From positions 868,001 through 932,000 of the forward strand of contig OX597837.1 in NCBI GenBank assembly GCA_951406725.2: 64,000 bases of DNA, written 5' to 3'. Shown here one piece after another: positions 53,843 to 64,000 of this stretch (within the stretch, counting starts at the first letter, position 1; every line of letters begins with the position of its first letter). The translations under genes and the position numbers were made by a program. Below the pieces are notes generated by a model that ran no database searches, was not told where the DNA came from, and saw nothing but the letters and a program-made list of their open reading frames with translations. Source of the stretch: Octopus vulgaris (lineage: Eukaryota).

Positions 53843-56571
53843 CGCAATTACACGCTTTCATTTACAGCCATTCACTCCTTTCACCTTCCTAATTCATTCC
53901 TTGCTTCTTTCTGCTACCACCTTCCCTCACATATATACACACATATATAGACACATATATATTCACATACGATACATATATCGCACTTCAGCGCTTTCAT
54001 CGATTGTCTCTTAACATGGCTGTCTCTAATTGATCCGTCACCGCACTAACAACGCCACCGTCACCACTATCATCATCATTATCATAGCCACACTGCCGCC
54101 AGCACCAACGCCGTCGCCTCATTAATATAACAATTACCCCCAAACTAACACCATCACTACCATCGACAGTATACGAGCAATACGCCACAACCAAAAACGC
54201 CTCTGTAGTCCTAGATACACTATGCCTGGGGTGGGGAAATGAGATGGTTACAGCTGGAATGGTATTGATCATGGTTGTTCTCTGAGATGACCTAGGGCTA
54301 AACTACATGACCACTACCATGAACCTCGCCAACACCGCTACCGCCAGTACCACTACTACCAGCGCTCTTACCCCCACTAATACTACCACCTATACCACTG
54401 TCAACACCGGTCTCACCAGCACTACTTTCGATAACCCCTACTAAGACCTACTACAACACAAACCCACTGCCATTACCGTCACCAAAACAACTACTACAAC
54501 TGCTACTATTATCACCACTACTACCACCACTATTACCACTACTACTATCACTACCACCACCACTACTACTATCACCACCATAACCACCGCCACTGTCCTA
54601 CACCAACACGACTACCACGAACAACAACTCCATACCTTCCAATATCACAACCTACAAGACTGACAACAACAACAACTACAGCAGCAGCAACGTCAACAAT
54701 AGTACAAACAACAGGAAAACAATGGAAACCAACAAACTTTTAACTATTCAAGGTGACACGAAAGTCTACAAAGGTATTTTTGTTTTTATAAAAGACAACA
54801 AAAATGGCGTAAAAGAAGCAAAAATAAAAATGATGGCTGCAAAGAAAATAATAAAAATAGAATAAATAAAGCAATAAAAAAAACAGAATTTTTTTTTTAA
54901 ATACAGAAATTAATAGGAAAGTGGGCAACCCCCCCCCCCTGTTTTTGGTGTTGGTTTGACCGGCGCAGCTGGTGTGAAGTGGGGTGGGGTAGTGGGTGAA
55001 GGTTGGAAGTGAAGAATGAGGCGTGGTCTTTGATATATTCCTGATAAAAACAAGTTCTTTTATAATGGTCCACTGGAGTAACGGTGTGAGTAGAGATGGC
55101 AGATCGCCAAGACAAAATGGCTTTCAGCGTTTAAAGCCTCTCCCTCTCTCTCTCTTTAAGTGTATGTATGTATGCATGCATGTGTGTGTATATAATATAT
55201 TTATTTACACGCGAACATTTGCTTTTGTTACTTTCCGTTTCTCTTTCTTGTGTGTGTGTGTGTGTGTGTGTGTGTATAACTGTGTGTGTGTGTGTGTATA
55301 ACTGTGTGTGTTTGAGTGCCCCTCTTACTACGTGACTAAAGCAGTGGCGTGTTAGATTTAATGACTTTGTACCTAGCAATCTATTTTCATCGAGGCCTGA
55401 ATTTCGCTTTTCATCTAAACTCGATCGATAAAGTAAGTACCAGTCAGGAACTGGTGTCGATATTCGCATCCCACAAAATTCTGAAGCAACATCCTTGTAC
55501 CTATTCCAGAAATCATTATTCTTTAATATATAATGATGCTGGTGGCTAGATGAAAGGAAAAACTGCTGCAGACATACAACAAATGTTAGATGAAACAATA
55601 ATGAAGTGAGTTCCGGTTTCCGCTTTCATCCATCTTTGTTTTCTTTTAATAAGATACATTTCTGATTTTGTTTATTAAAAATGGCTCTTTCTCTCTCACA
55701 CTGCCTCACCCTTTCTCTTCCTGTCCTTTCTACTGTAACTTCCACTCTATCATTTTTTCTCTCTTACTCTTCCAATCTCTCTATCCTTTCCCTACGCCTA
55801 ATAACACAAATCTAGTTGTCTCACGCATTACTTTCTCTCATCTGGTATAACAGTTGACAAAGACAAAAACATCGTTTGCCCTGTCTTGTCCTTTACAATC
55901 TGATACACTTTCAAGTCTCTTGATCTCTGTATTCTATTTCAGTGTCTGTCAAAATGAGCAGCGATCAATTGATAAAATAAGTACCAGTTATACTCTTGGG
56001 CTGATTCTTTTCTTACTCTGTAAATTAACTTTGTTTCCTAATATTTTATATGCCCTGTCTTCTTCCCTTCCAACATAGTTCTTTGCATATTTGTCACTGG
56101 TCAATGCAGGTTTTCGCGTTTCCCCGGCAAATTTACAAAATTGCAGTCCATGGCTTTGCTCCTGTTTATTCATAACGGAACTTTTCACAATTACTTGAAT
56201 GCATTACATTTTGGATCTCTCCGCTTAAAAAAAAAGGGGGGGGGGGGTGAATCTTTAGTTTGTCTTTGAATATTAACTCACATGGAAATGTTGCATCTCC
56301 ATCAAGTTTAAAGTTGGTTTGTTTAATATGGTATTAACGCATTGCAGACTCCCTTGGAAGACGGTGAATAGACAGGCGCTAAGAGGATCGATGCAATGTT
56401 TCGCATTTTTGCTCTTCTGTTGTAGGCTCCGAGTTCAAATCTTGTGATAGTTAATTCTGCATTTTATCTTTTGGGGATGGATAAACAAGTATCAATCCTG
56501 GATGGAAAAATGGCAGAACTGTTGGCATTGTTTCTGTTCCGCTTTTTACAATGTGGCAGCAACGTCTGCGA

Positions 56572-56643
<72 letters not shown>

Positions 56644-56645
<2 letters not shown>

Positions 56646-56846
56646 AGGTGGCCCAAGAGTTGCAAGGGGTCTGAAATTTTAATAAATCCGTTTTAGTTAC
56701 GGTTTTTTTTATTTGTAATTTACACGATGTGGTTTTTCCCACCTAAAATACATATATTTCCTATATTTAAACTCTATATGATGCTAAGGTATTGTAAATT
56801 CAAAACAGAACTTTATCAACACCTCTGTGGTTTTTGGGCTACCCTG
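56644..56846. mobile_element. Tc1-like MITE
   Basis: TIRs CAAGGTGGCCCAAGA / TTTTGGGCTACCCTG, with TA on both flanks. Confidence 0.8.
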
Positions 56847-57043
56847 TATATAGGCGCACATAGATATACATGCAATCATACATTAGCAAATGAACGCTTA
56901 ATAAACACATCTTCATCGTGTAAGTGAATCCTGCGCATAACGCGGAAATTGACCTAGTGAAGGGGAGTGTGTGAACGTACGCAAGACAATTTAGATGCGC
57001 ATGTTGACTCGGCGCTTGTATTAACTCTGTGTGTGTGTGTGTG

Positions 57044-57084
<41 letters not shown>

Positions 57085-57201
57085 TGTGTAGGTAAAAGGC
57101 AAGATGCGTGTCCAGTTACAAGAATCACACATACGCATACACAGACATTTCCATATATTGTCAATATGCTACTAAGTCCACATATAATAGCAACATACTT
57201 T

Positions 57202-57245
<44 letters not shown>

Positions 57246-57591
57246 ATGTGACAGAGAGGAAGAAATGTAGAGTCAATTTAAAATACAGGCACAGATCTAA
57301 AAGTGGATATAAAAAAATCCACTTAGTTGTGTGCTTACGTAACATTTATATATTTGCATACAAATATATAAATTCCATAAACGTGTGTATGTATGTGTAT
57401 GTGTGTGTGTATTTATATATAAACCTTTTAAGGATTGATTCTTTTTCTTTATGTATAGTTTACATTGAAAAATTCACATTTATTCTGAAGGAGATCTCAA
57501 TACTTTCTGATACAGTAACATTATATTTTACTAAGAAACACTTCGAAGGAAATGTCAAAATCGTCCTTATAAAAATGTCTACACGCGCACG

Positions 57592-57649
<58 letters not shown>

Positions 57650-57874
57650 CACGCACACACACACACACACGAAGGGAAAGAAGAGGCTGGAATGCCAAAT
57701 CGAATTAAAATAGAGAAATTGTAATGTTGGCAGCAATCTGTGGAAAATATTACAGACTATGATTTCCATTGTTGTCAAGACGACCGCCGCCATGTTTAGC
57801 TGTTGACTCTGAAGTAATTCAATAAAGAATTGTTCTTCTAGATGGGTACAAAACGCACAGACAGACACGAGGTA

Positions 57875-58210
57875 GGCGCAGGTATGGTTGTGTCATTAAC
57901 AAACTCGTTTAGCAACCACGTAGTTTCAGGTTCAATCGCACAGCATATCACTTTTGGTGTTTCTGACAATATCCTTGCTCCGACCACTACCTTGTTAGAG
58001 AATTAGGTAGAAGGAAACTGTGCGGAAGCCCGTCATATAATATGTATGCGTTTGTCTCTTTCTCCCGAATACCGCTTCCAAACATATGTTTGTTTCTTTA
58101 CGTTTCCTTAACTTAGCAGTTCGGCAAAAGATATTGGTCGAATAAATTTTAGAATTAAAATAAATTCTGGATTCGATTTTTTTCGCTAACCCATTCAAAA
58201 CGGTTTCCAT
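57875..58210 (+). mobile_element. Diverged SINE family A copy
   Basis: Head GGCGCAGGTATGGTTGTG and body GAAGGAAACTGTGCGGAAGCCCGTC. Confidence 0.75.
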
Positions 58211-58224
58211 ACAAAATATATATA

Positions 58225-58303
58225 CAGTAATCCCTCGCCATATTGCGGTTCACCTATCGCGGGGGTGGGGGGCATAAAACCCGCGATAGTCGAGGGATTA
58301 CTG
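58225..58303. mobile_element. 79-bp pogo/Tigger-type MITE
   Basis: TIRs CAGTAATCCCTCGCCATATTGCGG / CCGCGATAGTCGAGGGATTACTG; TA on the 5' flank. Confidence 0.8.
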
Positions 58304-58345
58304 CGTGTATGTATGTATATATATATATTTTCATCATATACATAT

Positions 58346-58989
58346 TTCAGTCATTACAGCTGCTACGTTGGGGCATTAAAGAATTTTTAGTCAAACGAAT
58401 CGCACCCTGTACTTAAGTCTGGTACTTATTCTATCGATCTCTTTTGCTGAACCACTAAGCTACGGGGACAAAACAAACCAACACCGGTGGCCAAGCGGTA
58501 TGAGGGACAAACGCACACACACACACATACATACACATTACCAAATGCTTCCCAACTGCTAGAGTATTACCATCGGCGTAGAACTTGAAGCGCAAATGAA
58601 ATGTAAGTCTAAGAACTAATGAAGCATCTTATGTCACTTGACGAGGCTCTTTTGCACTGTGCGTTGCATCTGGTGTTATTACATCGCTCCGCGCCCACTA
58701 GGGAGCAGTGCAGAATGAAGCCGAAACGCTTGTTGTGCTAATAAATGCGTCTAGTTACAGTCTCTTCTATATTAATCTTTAAAGAAAAGACAATGTATGT
58801 ATATAGATACACATACACACATATATACACAAGAAGGGATTCTTTCAGTTTCTGCCTACCAAATCCACTCTCAAGGCTTTTGTCGGCCCGTGACTACAGT
58901 ACAAGACACTTGCTCAAAATGCCACGCAGTGAGACTGAAACCACATGCATGTGGTTGTGAACCAAACCTCTTACCACACAGCCATTCCT
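58346..58989 (-). mobile_element. SINE family A copy interrupted at its (CA)n by a ~250-bp hammerhead-bearing fragment
   Basis: SINE tail and body at 58346-58538, head at 58830-58989, insert at ~58540-58795. Confidence 0.8.
58635..58745 (+). ncRNA. Hammerhead-like motif with large branched helix II, followed by AATAAA
   Basis: CAC-TTGACGA-GGCT..TTTGCACTG[...]CAGTGCAGAA..AGCC-GAAA-C-GCTT-G-TT-GTG, then AATAAA at 58740-58745. Confidence 0.6.
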
Positions 58990-59307
58990 TTATGTAAAAG
59001 GATGTTAGAAAAATTAGTCAATACGTATCGTGGTTTTTGGAAGCTTCTGATTAGCGCTGTTTTAACTCCGAGTTTACGGCACCAATTTATTCGTTGAAGC
59101 GGTAAACGAAACAATTCTGGTGGATATATCTCTCTTGTCAAGTCGATTTCTTTTTATGCTCTCAACAAATTCAGTTTTTTTTCCTCCGATGCATCTCCCG
59201 TCCTCCCCATCTGTGTGTGTGTGTGTATGTAAACATATGTATATGAATGTATATATAAATGCCGGTTATATTTATGTATACGTCTATATATGTATGTATA
59301 TCTCTGC

Positions 59308-59355
<48 letters not shown>

Positions 59356-59489
59356 GCATATATCTGTGTTTCCTTTTCTCCTCTGTGTGTATATACATGT
59401 ATGTATATGTCTTTATACATATATATCTATGTCTTTCTTTTTGTTTCTATATATGCCTATTAACGTGCTTATGTGTACACTTCTATGTA

Positions 59490-59540
<51 letters not shown>

Positions 59541-59689
59541 TTGTACAAATACACAAAAGCACGCATCTATACACACGCACATGACTACTACTGTCTAGTA
59601 AATCCGCTATCATTTAATGCATGACATAGTTTTAAAAAGTTTTGCCTTCCAGCGAAATCATTGTTATCATTGAACTCATTAATAACTGT

Positions 59690-59691
59690 AT

Positions 59692-59736
<45 letters not shown>

Positions 59737-59750
59737 TAATAATGATAATA

Positions 59751-59841
<91 letters not shown>

Positions 59842-59842
59842 G
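59690..59842. repeat. (AAT/GAT)n microsatellite
   Basis: Directly visible. Confidence 0.95.
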
Positions 59843-60008
59843 TGAATAAGTGAATAAACAGTAATAATTTGATTGTGTTGGTGGTTGCTGCCATGATGGT
59901 TGCGTTTAAATTTTTTATTTCAACATATGTTATTTGACGATTAAAGTAATTTCAAACGAAATACAAAACAGCTATTTCTTTATCGCCTCTGCAACCACCA
60001 CCACCACC

Positions 60009-60055
<47 letters not shown>

Positions 60056-60351
60056 CCACCGTCATTGTCTTCATCATTAGTATCATTTTAATTTTTAGTG
60101 CTCTTCGAGGTCTGCCCTAATTATAAATTCAGTTTTATAAGATATGTAACCAAGGAAAAAATATACAGCGGTGTTTATTGGATTTTCTTTCCCTTTCTCT
60201 CTTTCTCTCTCTCACACACACACACACACACATACACATACACAATTGTTTTGACGTTGACTTTTACCAAACAATTTAACAGTAAGTAAAATAGTTGCTT
60301 AGTACTCTTTCGTAGTCGACTATATTCTTATATTTGTTTCAGACATAAAAG

Positions 60352-60439
<88 letters not shown>

Positions 60440-61364
60440 AAAATACTTTATTCTAATACGCCATCTTGGCAAAGTGCTCTGAAACATGACTCGGGTTCAT
60501 GTTTCGACCAATGATTTAACGGACATTAGATAAAAATAACGACACAGATTTGAAGGATCCCCGGAGACCCTTAGCGGCTAGCAAAAAAGGGAGCTTTAAC
60601 AGTAACTGATCATCTAGAAAGCCATTGAATTATAGAAGTTGACACGGTAAATTAAAGGGAAAAAACTAGTATTACTGAAATTTACACCATTTCTAGTTTA
60701 TTTGTACAAAATGTTATAGAAAACGAGAGCCAAATAGTGAAGTTAATATTATCAAAAATCGATTAATATCTATTTTTAAAAACGAACGTTATAGCAATAA
60801 CAGAAATATATATTTCTTAAACATAATGAAACATATTTTCGTGTGATGTGTGAGAGCAAATTGATTGACAAACATAAAAGGAATTGATTAGTCGATCAAA
60901 AAAGAAATGAAATATAATGAAGGTTAAAAGGAAAGAACAGTGAAAAGTACAATCGTTGTATACGTTCAGGTAAATAGATATTTAAATACATCTTCTCCGG
61001 ATACTAAAACGTGTTTCTATTAGTAAAATAATTGTGAAGTCCTCATCAGCGGATAACAAATATGAAGAATTGATTGATAATTATAATATAGGAATAGTAC
61101 TAATTTTCTTCAATTCTATGTGGATCGAGGCGTGCTGTACACACCATTCCTCGGATTGGTGTAATTCTATTATAGATTCGAGTTGAAATATGAACTGGAA
61201 TCAGTTAAATTTGAAACCTGCTAGTTATCAGAGAAAGTCATCGAGAATTTAGTTGTAGGAAAGTAATAATATACGTATGGTATAAAATGATGAATTTATT
61301 ATACACATTGTATTGAGTACCGTTATTTTCATTTTGAAAATACAAGTTACATAATAGTCACATA

Positions 61365-61395
<31 letters not shown>

Positions 61396-61657
61396 GACTG
61401 TGCACACATGTGTGGGTGTGTGGATATAGATTTAACTATATATGTATATGTATATATGTGTGTGTGCTTGTATATATATATATATATATATCACCACATT
61501 TAAGCATGTATGTATTTATGCATTACACACACACAGACACTATCACAAATAGGAAAAGCTCAACACAAGCCAATCTCGAAATCGATTTAGTAGTAACCAC
61601 ATTATCATGCTTTCAGCTCCAAACCTAATTTAAAAACGTAATAATAATAATAATAAC

Positions 61658-61729
<72 letters not shown>

Positions 61730-62051
61730 GATTACAAATCATTTTCTTATTGAAACAAACTGTATATTTTTTCGAAAACTAGAAGTTGCCAAAAAACCAT
61801 TCAGTTATCTTGAATTAAAGCTGAATGTTGTTGTTTGTTGTTTTTTTTACTGGTGAATGTTTTTTTTGTTTTCTTTTATTGCTGATCACGTTTTTCTGTT
61901 TTTATTTTGCAAACAGATTTTTTTGTTCCTATTTCTGTATTGTTTAATGAAAAAAATTTACACCGCGTTAAACAACAAATGATACAGGAAAAAGAAAATG
62001 TGTGTATGTCTAAAAAAGAAAAAGATATGCACAAATACATGTGCAAATATG

Positions 62052-62096
<45 letters not shown>

Positions 62097-62147
62097 GCAC
62101 ATCTAAATATTTATTGTATATGTGTGTACATATATTCGGATGATTAT

Positions 62148-62200
<53 letters not shown>

Positions 62201-62239
62201 ATATGCATACCCATGCATACATATATCTGTGTGTGTGTA

Positions 62240-62539
62240 AAGAACTTTAGAAAGTTCGATAGACGTTAGCATAATTCGATTTTAACTGTGGAACTCGAAG
62301 TAGATAAAGCTATAAATAATAAAATGTAAATACTACGTTAAAAAATCCTTTTAAATAGCAAAAGTCGCCGGTTGCCTGTGGGACACCTGCATACATCTTT
62401 CCCCACGTTTATAGAAGACATAGGTCCAAGTCCTACGAGCAGCTTTCGACTTCTATCAAAAGGATTTTGTTACCCTATATTTACGTGCTAGTTTTTATAG
62501 CTTTATCTACTTCGAGTTACACAGTAAATTGCGAATTAT
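62240..62539. mobile_element. Long-TIR fold-back MITE; a partial second copy lies at ~63610-63800
   Basis: ATAATTCGATTTTAACTGTGGAACTCGAAGTAGATAAAGCTATAAA (62271-62316) is complementary to 62494-62539; pairing continues inward to ~62367/62447. Confidence 0.75.
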
Positions 62540-62540
62540 A

Positions 62541-62691
62541 TATTCGTGTATAAGTCGCACTATTTTATACTTGGTTTTTCAAGGAAGACGCTGTGATGCG
62601 ACTTATATACGGAATAAAGCTAACTCTACGAAAGAAATGGAATTGTATACCAATATTCAAAACTAGAGTGCGGTTTAAGAGTAAATACGGT

Positions 62692-62692
<1 letters not shown>
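62541..62692. mobile_element. Tc2/pogo-like MITE fragment
   Basis: Subterminal repeats CGTGTATAAGTCGCA / TGCGACTTATATACG and right end GTGCGGTTTAAGAGTAAATACGG. Confidence 0.6.
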
Positions 62693-62757
<65 letters not shown>

Positions 62758-63452
62758 TCCATAACTGCAGCGTCTTGAATCTCTACTACAAGTTTCACAT
62801 TGCCGATCATTGAAACGACTAAAGTAATGACGGAATGGGACATTATTTGCATGTAACTTCCGCACTTCATTCGTTTGAATAATCGCCAACGTGAAACTCA
62901 CTGTTACAGTGCAAACCATTTTAGCTTCCAATAATAACACACACACACACACACACACTCTTTTACATATTGAGCACATTTTTTGTTAGTTTGTATCTAC
63001 AAAAGGAACACCACCCCACGCACCACCCCCCATACACACGTACATAATCTGTTGTATTCGATTAGATAATTACGTAAGGAATATTTAAAAAAACATCACT
63101 CAAAAATAAACAATAAATCTTCTTTTATCCTCGGAGAATTTGATAGGATTGTAACCAGGATAATACAATTGAAACATGAATAACAAAATATGTACACCCT
63201 AATACCCACGTACACACACACACACACACGTACATACAAACAGATACATATATAAATATACAAGTACCGGTCTTTAGTTGGCGTCATTGCAGCACCATTA
63301 ATGTGTGTATGTATGTGTATCAATATGTTTAGTTATATTGGAATATTTTATGGGTTGGCATTTCTTCAAGCTTGTAGTGAAGTAATATGCGTAACCACTT
63401 ACCTAATTATCAATGCATCCACCCACCAACAATCTTACACCTATATATATAG

Positions 63453-63495
<43 letters not shown>

Positions 63496-63799
63496 TATAT
63501 AGATAGATAGATATGTATAGATATACACACAATCACATGCGTATATTGTTTATGCACATCTTTAGAATCATATATATATATATGTTAACATGTGTATGCA
63601 CGTAGATATGGCTGACGCCATATAAATTTGTAAATTTCGAAAGGACGTCAAATAGTTCTATTTTGGAACTGTGGATCTCGAAGCAGATGAAGCTATATTA
63701 ACTTGTAAATATTTGGTCAAAAAAAAGCAATTTGGAGAGCTCCACACGGTCAGCCTTCGACTTCTCTATCCATCGGGGTTTTTAACTCAATATTTCTTC

Positions 63800-64000
63800 T
63801 ACTCTTTTACTTGATTCACTTATTTCACAGCGGCCATGCTGGAATACACCACCTTTAGTCGAACAAATCGACCCCAGGTCTTATTCCTTTGTAAACCTAG
63901 TGCTTATTCTATCGGTCTCTTTCGGCGAACCGCTATGTTACGGGGACGTAAACAAACCAACGTCGGTTATCGAGCGATGTTGGGGTGACAAACACAGACA
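63800..64000 (-). mobile_element. SINE family A copy (runs off window)
   Basis: GCGGCCATGCTGGAATACACC...GAACCGCTATGTTACGGGGACGTAAAC. Confidence 0.88.

Noticed and set aside
57097-57118. AGGCAAGATG match to the 5' end of miR-31
   Set aside because: The 3' half does not match and no complementary arm is visible.

Overview
AT-rich eukaryotic non-coding DNA, dense in microsatellites. I found no host protein-coding exon, so it is probably a large intron or intergenic region. The repeat repertoire looks like an octopus (coleoid cephalopod) genome, which is an inference from remembered repeat families. Most ORF-track entries are translated microsatellites. Recognisable content: a 5'-truncated, decayed CR1-clade LINE (34155-36560, minus); fragments of CR1, RTE-like, R4/Dong-like and BEL/Pao elements; a Tc1/mariner transposase relic; several MITEs; a complete non-autonomous Helitron; a Helentron/HINE-like end; and dozens of copies of at least four SINE-like families. 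The most interesting signal is a dispersed set of Penelope-type type I hammerhead-ribozyme motifs, mostly in short fragments within (TA)n/(CA)n tracts. One has a canonical core and an ~85-nt helix II (38145-38260). One has a compensatory G3:C8 core swap and sits inside a perfect 56-bp fold-back (27104-27358). Several degenerate ones remain, and four fold-back mini-elements carry hammerhead motifs or halves. All structures were read by eye; none was computed or searched.
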